Below, in pieces: positions 18,739-27,169 of a stretch of DNA of 64,000 nucleotides. The notes below the pieces were generated by a model that was not told where the DNA came from, did no database searches, and was given only the letters and a program-made list of their open reading frames with translations. The first letter of the stretch is position 1. Each line of letters starts with the position of its first letter. A program made the position numbers and the translations under genes. Source of the DNA: an uncultured bacterium (GTDB lineage: Bacteria > Patescibacteriota > Minisyncoccia > Phycocordibacterales > PALSA-1337); NCBI GenBank assembly GCA_963701025.1, contig OY969557.1, positions 368,622-432,621 of the forward strand, given 5' to 3'.

Positions 18739-18850
18739 ACCGGATCTTCATCGTTTCTTTATCCGATCTTCATCGTTTCTTTATCCGATCTTCATCGTTT
18801 CTTGAGCCTTTCTTGAGCGTTTCTTTATCTGCGCCTGATAAGCTGACCGC
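18739..18850 (+). repeat. Array of about nine phased 11-bp direct repeats (cgtttctttat / ccgatcttcat / sstttcttgag). This is copy A; copy B is at 26119-26208.
   Basis: Read directly. The 11-mers form 22-bp super-units. A similar block (~85% identity) recurs 7.4 kb away. Confidence 0.85.
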
Positions 18851-18930
18851 GGTTATGTGTCGACATAACTAATTATAAATATGGTGATGGTAACCACAAA
18901 GAGGATCCGCTCCCTGGAATAGCTAAAATC

Positions 18931-20490
18931 ATGGCACCTCTTCTCGTACAGGCAGTAGGAGCAAAGAGGAACGCCGCGCGGGCACTCTCCGCCCGGGCGG
19001 CGTTATTCCTAGGATACATATCTAAAAGCTCGCCCTCGCCCGTACCAACCGACGAAGAGCGGAGGCGTAAGGGGTATCTGTTGAACATCATCCTGATCCT
19101 TTCGCTCGCGTACCTCATCATACTCGGAACAACGACCCTGTGGAATTGGGCTATTAAGGGAGGCTCATATGACGACATTCATCCGCTTGTATTCGGAGGC
19201 ATAATCGTCTTTTATGGGGCATTATTGCTGATATCGAAGCGTGGTCATGTCCAAAGCGCTTCTTTCATTCTCGTGGCTTCGGACATGCTCGGCGTCATCT
19301 GGGGTGGCTGGGTCTGGGGAGCAAGTCTGCCGGAAACGCTCTTATTCACGGCTCTCATCATAGTAACGGCAAGCGTGCTCTTGGGATCGACCAAGGGTTT
19401 CATCGTCGCCGGGGCAATGATAGGCGCACTCTCTATTCTCGGCATACACGAAGCGACTGTGCTGAACGTACCAGATTGGAGGTACGACGAGATAACCGCC
19501 GCCGACGTCATATCGTACTCTGCCCTGCTCTTATTCATGAGCTTTGTCGGCTGGCTTTCGAACCGGGAGATCAGGTTGTCTCTCGACCGGACCAAGCGTT
19601 CGGAAAAAGCTCTTGAAGAGGAAAGGAACATGCTCGAGAGGCGAGTAGCCGAGCGCACGAAAGAAATGGTCGCCTTGGAAAGGAAAAATATGTTTTCCCG
19701 GATGGAAACACTGGATCAGGCGGCTCATATAGGCGAGCTGTCGCAGGGAGTCCTACATGATCTGATGAGCCCTTTGTCCGCGATCGCTCTATATGTGGAG
19801 GATATCGCCCGGACGGGCACGGACGTGCATGCTCATGATGGGGGCCGCATGCGGGAGATGATGGAAAAGGCCGTGGAGACGTCAAAACGTATGAGGTCAT
19901 TCATGGAAAGCGTCAGACGACATATAGATCCGGGAGAAAAGTGTTGCATGATAGCGCAAAAGACCGATATAGGCGAAGAGATAGAGATCGCCAGGGATAT
20001 TCTGGCATATAAAGCCCGTATGGCTAATGTCCGTATAATCATAGAGAAGTGCGATCCAATTGAGATTGCCGCCCATCCGGTGCGTATCCATCAAGTATTT
20101 TTGAACCTCATGTCTAACGCTATCGATGCGTGCACGGAAGCTTCAAAAGAAAAATCGGTGCATATTTCGGCCGTTGAAAACGGTGAGAATCTCTTAATAA
20201 CTGTTGCCGACACCGGTTGCGGCATGACCTCGGCGCGACTGGAGTCGCTTTTCGGAAAACCCTCAACGACCAAGCCGCGTGGAACCGGCATCGGCCTTAT
20301 GACAGTCAGATCGATCGTCGAGGGAGAGCTTGGCGGCTCAATCATGGTCAAGAGCGAAGAGGGAGTCGGTACTACATTCATCCTGACCATACCTATGCGC
20401 CCTATGAAGGATACGGAAACAAAAAAAGCTGTATGCGGAATAAATGAACAAAAAGTCAAAGTTCCATATTCTTCACTTCTTACTCTTTGA
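18931..20490 (+). CDS. Membrane sensor histidine kinase (about five TM helices plus HisKA-like and HATPase_c)
   Basis: H-box VLHDLMSPLSAI; ATP-binding motifs DTGCGM and GTGIGL. Confidence 0.85.
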   Translation: MAPLLVQAVGAKRNAARALSARAALFLGYISKSSPSPVPTDEERRRKGYLLNIILILSLAYLIILGTTTLWNWAIKGGSYDDIHPLVFGGIIVFYGALLLISKRGHVQSASFILVASDMLGVIWGGWVWGASLPETLLFTALIIVTASVLLGSTKGFIVAGAMIGALSILGIHEATVLNVPDWRYDEITAADVISYSALLLFMSFVGWLSNREIRLSLDRTKRSEKALEEERNMLERRVAERTKEMVALERKNMFSRMETLDQAAHIGELSQGVLHDLMSPLSAIALYVEDIARTGTDVHAHDGGRMREMMEKAVETSKRMRSFMESVRRHIDPGEKCCMIAQKTDIGEEIEIARDILAYKARMANVRIIIEKCDPIEIAAHPVRIHQVFLNLMSNAIDACTEASKEKSVHISAVENGENLLITVADTGCGMTSARLESLFGKPSTTKPRGTGIGLMTVRSIVEGELGGSIMVKSEEGVGTTFILTIPMRPMKDTETKKAVCGINEQKVKVPYSSLLTL

Positions 20491-21255
20491 TTTCTGATTC
20501 TCCTGCTGTACATCCCGTGCCGCTTTCCTGTAGGCGCAATAATCGCAGGCGGCAGCGGGCTTCGGCAAAATCTCGTTCATAAGGCACTTTTTGATGTCGG
20601 CGAGGGCTTTTTCCACCCACCCGTCATCGCCGGTATACGGGATTATATCGATGTCGAATTCAAGCTTGGCGTCGAATGCCGCACGATCTGTCTTGCCATT
20701 ACAATAGACGAAATAACCGGTCGACGAGACCTTGAAACCGTTCCGTCGGAATAGCCATTGATAGACTTCCATCTGGCGCTTGTAGCCGATCTGCCACTCC
20801 TTGTCGAGGGTGACTTTCTCTTCCTTGCTGGTAGATTTATAATCGACAATGATCAATTCCCCCTTCGCATTGATCCAGACATCGTCGATGGCGCCGGTCA
20901 CGAGCAGATTGGTCGGCTCATGGAGGAAACGGATGCCTTTGAAATTGCTTCGCCAGGTATCGAGATCTTCATGGCTGTACGGCACCACGTCGCGGACGCC
21001 ATAGGCGTGCATCAGAGGGTGCGGGCGGCCTTTAGCGCGATGGACGTCGAATTCTTTCTTGAGCAAGGTGTCCACCGCAGAGTTCAAGGCGAACGGAAAG
21101 CCCGGTGGCCTGCCCACGCCGAGACGGCAGTCCAGATAGAAGCAGAGCGGGCAGTTCATGAAGAGGTCTATCTTCGAACGGCTGATCCTGAACGGCTCCG
21201 CGCTTCCCGGATTGAAGAGATTGCGGCTGCGGCGAGAATTGTAATAGTCGGACAT
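20473..21255 (-). CDS. PD-(D/E)XK nuclease, Cas4/RecB-family-like with a four-Cys cluster (DUF83-like)
   Basis: IIVDYKS core with an N-terminal CPLC and a C-terminal CDYCAYR. No CRISPR or cas context. Confidence 0.65.
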   Translation of the reverse strand: MSDYYNSRRSRNLFNPGSAEPFRISRSKIDLFMNCPLCFYLDCRLGVGRPPGFPFALNSAVDTLLKKEFDVHRAKGRPHPLMHAYGVRDVVPYSHEDLDTWRSNFKGIRFLHEPTNLLVTGAIDDVWINAKGELIIVDYKSTSKEEKVTLDKEWQIGYKRQMEVYQWLFRRNGFKVSSTGYFVYCNGKTDRAAFDAKLEFDIDIIPYTGDDGWVEKALADIKKCLMNEILPKPAAACDYCAYRKAARDVQQENQKSKSKK

Positions 21256-21264
21256 GATTGAATG

Positions 21265-21516
21265 CTACCATGCGCGTTCGGCTCTGAGCAATTTTGTCTT
21301 CTTCTCCATTCCTCTATTCCACCCACCCGTCTTTCCATCAGACCGTATCACCCGATGGCACGGTATCTTCGGATCATAATTGGTATTCAAAATGTTTCCC
21401 ACGGCGCGATACGCCCGCGGCCTACCGGCTTTGATAGCGACTTCTTTATATGTCATCGTCTTCCCTTTCGGGATGAGACGAACGACGGCAAAGATTTTTG
21501 CTTTGAATGTTATCAA
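21265..21516 (-). CDS. MGMT-family DNA-binding domain protein (O6-alkylguanine-DNA alkyltransferase-like, PCHRV motif present)
   Basis: 83 aa with PCHRVIRSDG. Confidence 0.75.
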   Translation of the reverse strand: MITFKAKIFAVVRLIPKGKTMTYKEVAIKAGRPRAYRAVGNILNTNYDPKIPCHRVIRSDGKTGGWNRGMEKKTKLLRAERAW

Positions 21517-21519
21517 GGA

Positions 21520-22233
21520 CTACTGCGTCGTCGTGGCGACAGTCACTTTGGTCATGACCACGTCTGTCGTCGGCTTGTCGGAGGCATTGACGGGCGTGGC
21601 GGCGATGGCGTCAACGACATCCATGCCGGAAATGACCTTGCCGAATATCGTGTAGCTGTGCGGCAGAGGAGTATCTTTCTGGACGATAAAAAATTGCGAG
21701 CCGTTGGTGTTCGGACCGGCATTGGCCATGGCGACGGTGCCGCGTACGTAGCCGGCCTGATAGGACGGAGTATTCTGGTTGAGCTCGTCGGCGAACTGAT
21801 AGCCCGGACCGCCCGAGCCGGTGCCGGTGGGATCGCCGCCTTGGATCATGAAGCCCTCGATGACGCGATGGAATATGAGGCCGTTGTAGAAGCCTTTGTC
21901 GGCGAGCGAGATGAAATTGGCCACGGTATTTGGCGCGTCGGCGTCATAGGTCTCGAAGACGATAGCGCCCTTGGCAGTCTCTATGGTGATGGTATGCATG
22001 AAATTTTTGACGGATGTATTAGCGCTAGTAACTGAAGCGGTGGGTGCGGGAGCAGACGGAGAAGCGGAGACAGGTTCAGTCGCCGAAGCGACAGCCAGCG
22101 TCGATGAGGCCATGGCGGCCATGATCTCTTCCGGGCTCTGGGGATATTTAGAGCGATGATCAAGCGAGAACCAGGCGATGGCAATCACGATAATGGCGAG
22201 GATGACGGATATCCAGATGTTTTTTGTTGGCAT
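21520..22233 (-). CDS. Cyclophilin-type peptidyl-prolyl cis-trans isomerase with an N-terminal TM anchor and an Ala/Ser/Thr-rich linker
   Basis: FHRVIEGFMIQGGDP and related cyclophilin motifs. Confidence 0.85.
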   Translation of the reverse strand: MPTKNIWISVILAIIVIAIAWFSLDHRSKYPQSPEEIMAAMASSTLAVASATEPVSASPSAPAPTASVTSANTSVKNFMHTITIETAKGAIVFETYDADAPNTVANFISLADKGFYNGLIFHRVIEGFMIQGGDPTGTGSGGPGYQFADELNQNTPSYQAGYVRGTVAMANAGPNTNGSQFFIVQKDTPLPHSYTIFGKVISGMDVVDAIAATPVNASDKPTTDVVMTKVTVATTTQ

Positions 22234-22236
22234 AGT

Positions 22237-23259
22237 TTAGAGATTATACAGTTCCTTGGCCTTTGCCACAACTATGGCCTTGGCTTCGGGGAGAGAGACG
22301 CCCATCACGCGCGCGCCCGCGGCGGCGCGATGCCCGCCTCCGCCTAAGGCGACCGCGAGCTTTGAGACGTCGAACGCCTCCGGATCGCGGCTGCGCATGC
22401 TTATCTTGATGTGACCGGGTTCGCGCTCGATCAATATCATTCCGATATTCCAGCCGATGACAGACTTGAGCATATTGGGAATGTCACTGTGAGTAAATTC
22501 CAAAGATATGCCTTTTTCGGCAAGCTGTTTACTGGAAACCGATGCCATGGCTATATTCTCGCCCAGAAACGTCTCGATCGAGCCAAGGGCGAGTGCCTGG
22601 AAATAAATAGATTCTTTATGATTTGCGTTCTCCATCTTGAAAATGGCCTCTGTAAAATCCGGCGCGATCCTCGTCAAAACAGCTACAGCTTCAAAGAGGC
22701 GATGATCGACGGGGACGTATTTGAATCCGCCGCTGTCGGTATATATGCCGATGAATAGATTGATGGCTATATCATGGGTCAGACTGATATTCCACAGAAC
22801 GAAAAGCTGATAGAGGATAAAAGCCGTGGCTGAACAGTTTTCGACGAGATTTATATCCCCATACATCTGATTGGACGCGTGATGGTCTATGACGATGGTC
22901 CGTATGGGCATCGGAAATACTGGAGGGGACTTATGAGAGACCATTTCGGGAGAGCCGCTATCGAGGATGATGAACAGGTCGAATGCGCTTATATCGATCT
23001 CCATCATATTCTTCGGCACGATCATATCCGTGCCGGGAAAATGCATGAAATCTTCAGGGATCTTATCCGAATCTCCTTTGATAACGGTCGCTTTCTTCCC
23101 CATTTGTTCCAAAGTGAACTTCATAGCTAATGCCGAACCGACGCTGTCCGGATCCGGCGACGGATGACAATGCAGAAGGATAGACTTCGCCTTCTTTATT
23201 TCAGCCAGAATAAGCGGTGCCTTTTCTTTTATGAGAGGCGATATGTCGGAGATCTCCAT
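22237..23259 (-). CDS. nrnA: DHH/DHHA1 phosphoesterase (NrnA-like nanoRNase/pAp phosphatase)
   Basis: HPSPDPDS..D, DHH and GGGH (ALGGGGHRAAAG) motifs. Confidence 0.8.
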   Translation of the reverse strand: MEISDISPLIKEKAPLILAEIKKAKSILLHCHPSPDPDSVGSALAMKFTLEQMGKKATVIKGDSDKIPEDFMHFPGTDMIVPKNMMEIDISAFDLFIILDSGSPEMVSHKSPPVFPMPIRTIVIDHHASNQMYGDINLVENCSATAFILYQLFVLWNISLTHDIAINLFIGIYTDSGGFKYVPVDHRLFEAVAVLTRIAPDFTEAIFKMENANHKESIYFQALALGSIETFLGENIAMASVSSKQLAEKGISLEFTHSDIPNMLKSVIGWNIGMILIEREPGHIKISMRSRDPEAFDVSKLAVALGGGGHRAAAGARVMGVSLPEAKAIVVAKAKELYNL

Positions 23260-23268
23260 GGACCCAGT

Positions 23269-23832
23269 TTACTGGAATACGACGGGAATCTCAACTGAAG
23301 CGTCATTCTGCGGCAAGCCGGACGGATTGTCATTTTTCAAGATGATGAAACCTCGGGTGCCGGGAGTTTGCTTGACGAAGGTTATGTTCGCCGTGAAGGG
23401 CACGAATTTCACCGTCATCCAATCGCTTCCCGCTTGGGCCGTTGCTTGGGAGATGACCCTTCCGTCGGCGGCGGCGAGGATGACAGGGAATGTCGCCTCG
23501 AAGTACCAGCTTCCGAGAGCCTGGCCGGTCACCGTGATCGGCTTCGACGCGGATACGACGGCTCCGGCGAGAGGTGCCGTCACGCGTACGGCATTCGTGG
23601 TGGAAGCCGGGATATATGTTATCTTCGGAGTGGCTTGAGCAGGAACGACCGATACATATGACGGCTGGGCGGTATGGACCCCGCCGGTGTCCGTGGAAGT
23701 AGACATCACCGTCACGGCCGTCTTCGTCGCCGTATCCGACACCGTCGGGGTCGAATGCGACACCAATTTAACTATAAGGAATAGAAGTACGACCAGAACG
23801 ACCAGCGCTATGAGATATTTATATGTTTTCAT
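23269..23832 (-). CDS. Secreted protein with a Gmad2/GerMN-like Ig domain, hypothetical
   Basis: Signal/TM at the N-terminus and a Thr/Ser-rich linker. Confidence 0.5.
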   Translation of the reverse strand: MKTYKYLIALVVLVVLLFLIVKLVSHSTPTVSDTATKTAVTVMSTSTDTGGVHTAQPSYVSVVPAQATPKITYIPASTTNAVRVTAPLAGAVVSASKPITVTGQALGSWYFEATFPVILAAADGRVISQATAQAGSDWMTVKFVPFTANITFVKQTPGTRGFIILKNDNPSGLPQNDASVEIPVVFQ

Positions 23833-23883
23833 GGATGCATTATAGCATGGTACCAGCGTGAGGAATATGCTATATTTTCCAGC

Positions 23884-25302
23884 ATGAATCGAACATATAT
23901 CAAGGATCTAAAGGCGCATGTCGGCCAAGAAGTCTCGATTTCCGGTTGGGTGGATATACGCCGCGATCACGGCAAGCTCATATTCATAGACTTGCGCGAC
24001 ATGACGGGCAAAGTGCAATCTGTGGCATTGCCGAATAACAAAGAGGCCCATGAAATGGCTGCCAAAGTCAGGCCTGAATGGGTAGTGCGAGCTACGGGCG
24101 TCGTCAACAAGAGACCTGACAAGATGGTATCCAAAAACAAAGAGACGGGCGAAGTTGAACCGAACGGTGATATAGAGCTCGAATTAAAAAAACTGGAAGT
24201 TTTGAACGAGGCACTCACTCCCCCGCTCGATGTGCGCGGAGATGGCCATGATATCAACGAAGATGTGCGGCTGAAATACCGCTATCTCGATCTTCGTCGG
24301 CCGCGCATGCAGAAGAATATCCGCGCCCGGGATAAGATCATCTCCTTCTTCAGGGATTACATGCATAAAAATGATTTCGTCGAAATCGAGACGCCTATCC
24401 TCATGAAAGGCACACCTGAAGGCTCGCGCGAGTACGTAGTGCCGTCGCGGTTGGAGAACGGCAAATTCTACGTTCTGCCGCAATCGCCCCAACAATTCAA
24501 ACAGCTTTCGATGGTCGCCGGCTTCGAGAAATATTTCCAGATCGCCCGATGTTTCCGCGACGAGGACACCCGCGGCGACCGTCAGCCAGAGTTCACCCAG
24601 TTAGATTATGAGATGTCATTCATAACCCAGGAGGACGTACTCCGTTACACCGAGGCTATGTTTATAGAACTCGTTAAAAAGTTATATCCTCATAAAAAAA
24701 TAACCAAAACGTCATTTCCGAGATTGACCTACGCGGATTGCGTCAAGGAGCATGGCGACGATAAGCCGGATCTGCGCAAGGACAAGAATGATCCGGATGA
24801 ACTGGCTTTTGCCTGGATCGTCGATTTCCCCATGTTCGAAAAGAACGCTGATGGCAATATACAAGCCACTCATCATCCGTTCTGTTCGGTCAAAGATGAA
24901 GATGCGGATAAATTCATGACCGGTAAAGACATCCTGTCCATACGAGCCAATGCGTATGATCTCGTCCTAAACGGCTATGAATTGAGCTCCGGCTCTATAC
25001 GCATCCACAAAGCCAACATGCAGAAGAAAGTTTTCGAATATCTGAATATATCGCCGGAAGAGCAGGAGACCAAGTTCGGCCATATGCTCGAAGCTTTCAG
25101 ATACGGCACGCCTCCGCACGGCGGCTTCGCCCCGGGCATAGACCGCATCGTCATGATCCTCGAGAACGAACCGAACATCCGCGAAGTCATAGCCTTCGCC
25201 AAGACGGGCGAAGGCAAGGACCTCATGATGGGTGCACCGAGCGAGATCTCCGAAAAGCAATTCAGGGAATTAGGGATCGAATTGCGCAAGAAAAAGAAAT
25301 AG
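23884..25302 (+). CDS. aspS: Aspartyl-tRNA synthetase, short archaeal/eukaryal-type (no GAD insertion)
   Basis: Class IIb motifs FQIARCFRDEDTR and GFAPGIDRIVM. Its 472 aa is shorter than the ~590 aa bacterial type. Confidence 0.85.
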   Translation: MNRTYIKDLKAHVGQEVSISGWVDIRRDHGKLIFIDLRDMTGKVQSVALPNNKEAHEMAAKVRPEWVVRATGVVNKRPDKMVSKNKETGEVEPNGDIELELKKLEVLNEALTPPLDVRGDGHDINEDVRLKYRYLDLRRPRMQKNIRARDKIISFFRDYMHKNDFVEIETPILMKGTPEGSREYVVPSRLENGKFYVLPQSPQQFKQLSMVAGFEKYFQIARCFRDEDTRGDRQPEFTQLDYEMSFITQEDVLRYTEAMFIELVKKLYPHKKITKTSFPRLTYADCVKEHGDDKPDLRKDKNDPDELAFAWIVDFPMFEKNADGNIQATHHPFCSVKDEDADKFMTGKDILSIRANAYDLVLNGYELSSGSIRIHKANMQKKVFEYLNISPEEQETKFGHMLEAFRYGTPPHGGFAPGIDRIVMILENEPNIREVIAFAKTGEGKDLMMGAPSEISEKQFRELGIELRKKKK

Positions 25303-25698
25303 TCAACGGTTCAGCCATGTGATCGTGAACTGGAGGATGGCGGCAAAGCTAGTCCATATAAGATAAGGGATCTGCCAGTAGGCCAACTTCCTTGAATACG
25401 GCCATATCGTTTTCATACCCCAGACCAAGGTGCCGAGGACGAGGAGGACATCTATAGCCGCCAGGTAATTATCCCGCAAGCCGAATTGGATCGGCGTGTA
25501 AGCGAAATTGAAGACCAAATTTAGAACAAATAGCGCGGCGGCTTTTCTCGGGATTATCTTTTTGAATGCCAGATAAAATACTCGGACATATGTTATGGCG
25601 ATGACGAAATAGAGGCAGGTCCAAACCGGACCAAAGACCCATGATGGAGGAGCGAACGCGGGCTTGATAAGTGTAGAGTACCAAGAATATGCGTCCAT
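25303..25698 (-). CDS. tspO: TspO/MBR tryptophan-rich sensory protein
   Basis: Five TM helices and an N-terminal WYSTLIKPAFAPPSWVFGPVWTCLY signature. Confidence 0.8.
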   Translation of the reverse strand: MDAYSWYSTLIKPAFAPPSWVFGPVWTCLYFVIAITYVRVFYLAFKKIIPRKAAALFVLNLVFNFAYTPIQFGLRDNYLAAIDVLLVLGTLVWGMKTIWPYSRKLAYWQIPYLIWTSFAAILQFTITWLNR

Positions 25699-25707
25699 GG
25701 CAGTCGA

Positions 25708-26100
25708 TTATTTCTTGCCGTTTTTCTCGTCAGGCTTGAGCTCCAGGCAGACGGAGTTCATGCAATATCGCTTGCCCGTCGCCGTCGGACCGTCGTCGAA
25801 TATGTGGCCGAGGTGGGAACCGCAATTGGCGCAGACGACTTCTGTTCGGATGGATCCATGGCTTGAGTCCTCATTGAATTTGACCGCGCCCGGCAGGGCC
25901 TGGTCGAATGACGGCCAACCGGTACCCGAATCGAATTTCGCATCGGACGGAAAAAGAGGATTGCCGCAGACCTTGCACATATACGTGCCGACGCGCTTTT
26001 CGTGCAGGAGTTTGCCGCTAAAAGGCGCTTCAGTCCCCTTCTCGCGCAGGACCGCGTACTCTTCCGGCGTCAGTTTCTTTTTGATCTCTTCTTCATTCAT
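25708..26100 (-). CDS. msrB: Peptide-methionine (R)-S-oxide reductase
   Basis: CGWPSF, CxxC zinc motifs and the catalytic RTEVVCANCGSHLGHIF segment. Confidence 0.9.
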   Translation of the reverse strand: MNEEEIKKKLTPEEYAVLREKGTEAPFSGKLLHEKRVGTYMCKVCGNPLFPSDAKFDSGTGWPSFDQALPGAVKFNEDSSHGSIRTEVVCANCGSHLGHIFDDGPTATGKRYCMNSVCLELKPDEKNGKK

Positions 26101-26118
26101 AGGGACATTTTAACACGA

Positions 26119-26208
26119 TATCCGATCTTCAGCATTTCTTTATCGAAATTTCATCGTTTCTTGAGGCTTTCTTGAGCGTTTCTTTATTTCGACCTGATAA
26201 TCTTGCCG
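26119..26208 (+). repeat. Copy B of the phased 11-bp direct-repeat array (copy A at 18739-18850)
   Basis: The sequence atccgatcttcagcatttctttatcgaaatttcatcgtttcttgaggctttcttgagcgtttctttatttcgacctgataa aligns to copy A at about 85% identity. Confidence 0.8.
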
Positions 26209-26213
26209 ATACG

Positions 26214-26478
26214 GAGGGTATCGGCCTTCCGCGTAGGCGTGTTCCTGGAGAGGAACTGAACTTTAACCAAGTGCAGTAAGCCGGTGCAACTCCGGTCACG
26301 TCTACAACGTAAACGGCTTGACAAGTATATCTAGGCACGAATACAATTAATGAGTCGAATAAACCCGACTGGTAGACGTGTGAGGAGTTGTACTCTTCAG
26401 GCTGGCCATTGAATCCAGACATGGATTCATTCACTGGCAACACAAGGCCTCTTCGGGGGCTTTTGTGTTTATACCGGA
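26214..26478 (+). ncRNA. Candidate structured non-coding RNA in the 390-bp msrA-msrB spacer; strand and identity uncertain
   Basis: Several local hairpins (gccgata/tatcggc, gttcct/aggaac, ccgg/ccgg, aatcca/tggatt), a 7-bp long-range pairing cgtctac...gtagacg, and a terminal ggcctc-ttc-gggggc hairpin followed by ttttgtgttt. No ORF with coding character. Confidence 0.3.
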
Positions 26479-26489
26479 TCAATTTGAGC

Positions 26490-27035
26490 CTACTGCGCCA
26501 GCAACCTGGCGAACTTCTTCTGCAATTTTTCCAGTTTTGGCGCGATGACAAGCTGACAATATGGCTTATCTGAATTGTGCTTGTAATATTCGTGATGATA
26601 ATCCTCGGCCTCATAGAATCTTTCGAGCGGACAGACTTCGGTCACCACCGGCTTGTCGTAGGCCTTTGAATCATTCAATTCTTTGACAAGCGCCTCCGCC
26701 GTGGCCTTTTGTCCGGCGTTCGAATAGAAAATAGCCGAGCGATATTGCGTACCAACGTCATTGCCCTGCCTGTTCAAGGTGGTCGGATCGTGAGTGTTGA
26801 AAAAGACTGCCAACAAATCGTCGTATGAGATGATTGCGGGATCGTATTCTATCTTGATAGCTTCGGCATGTCCGGTATTCCCTTCCGACACTTGTTCGTA
26901 TGTCGGATCCGCAAGGACACCACCTGCATAGCCGGGCACGACCGACTTCACGCCTTTCAGCATGGAGAAAACCGCCTCTGTGCACCAGAAGCATCCGTTG
27001 GCAAAGACCGCCGTCTCGAGAGCGGTATCCGCCAT
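26490..27035 (-). CDS. msrA: Peptide-methionine (S)-S-oxide reductase
   Basis: GCFWC active-site motif and full-length PMSR fold. Confidence 0.9.
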   Translation of the reverse strand: MADTALETAVFANGCFWCTEAVFSMLKGVKSVVPGYAGGVLADPTYEQVSEGNTGHAEAIKIEYDPAIISYDDLLAVFFNTHDPTTLNRQGNDVGTQYRSAIFYSNAGQKATAEALVKELNDSKAYDKPVVTEVCPLERFYEAEDYHHEYYKHNSDKPYCQLVIAPKLEKLQKKFARLLAQ

Positions 27036-27036
27036 A

Positions 27037-27150
27037 TTATTTATGCGCTTTCGCGCCGTGAAGCTTGACGCGCTTTGCCTGCAGGCGCTTTGCCGTCTTC
27101 CTCGATCGCGTGGCGCGCCTTTTTCCTACTCCTGTCGCTCGTTTTGCCAT
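27037..27150 (-). CDS. Possible 37-aa highly basic peptide (MAKRATGVGKRRATRSRKTAKRLQAKRVKLHGAKAHK) between the dsbD-like gene and msrA
   Basis: Short ORF filling the gap in the operon, with ribosomal-protein-like composition. Unverified. Confidence 0.25.
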   Translation of the reverse strand: MAKRATGVGKRRATRSRKTAKRLQAKRVKLHGAKAHK

Positions 27151-27169
27151 GGGGAGAGTATAGCAGGAC

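Noticed and set aside
21262-22035. 257-aa plus-strand ORF overlapping the MGMT-like and cyclophilin genes
   Set aside because: Antisense to two strongly supported genes, with low-complexity Arg/Gly composition.
26214-26478. Assigning the msrA-msrB spacer RNA to tmRNA, RNase P, SRP, 6S, T-box, SAM or cobalamin elements
   Set aside because: None of the family-defining conserved boxes (tRNA-like ends plus tag ORF, P4 strands, GGAA domain-IV motif, T-box, B12 box, S-box core) could be found by eye. It is left as an unclassified candidate.
27037-27150. Calling the 37-aa basic ORF a specific ribosomal protein (L34/L36/S21/THX)
   Set aside because: Composition is ribosomal-like, but the sequence does not match the consensus of any of these as far as I can recall. 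It is kept as a low-confidence hypothetical.
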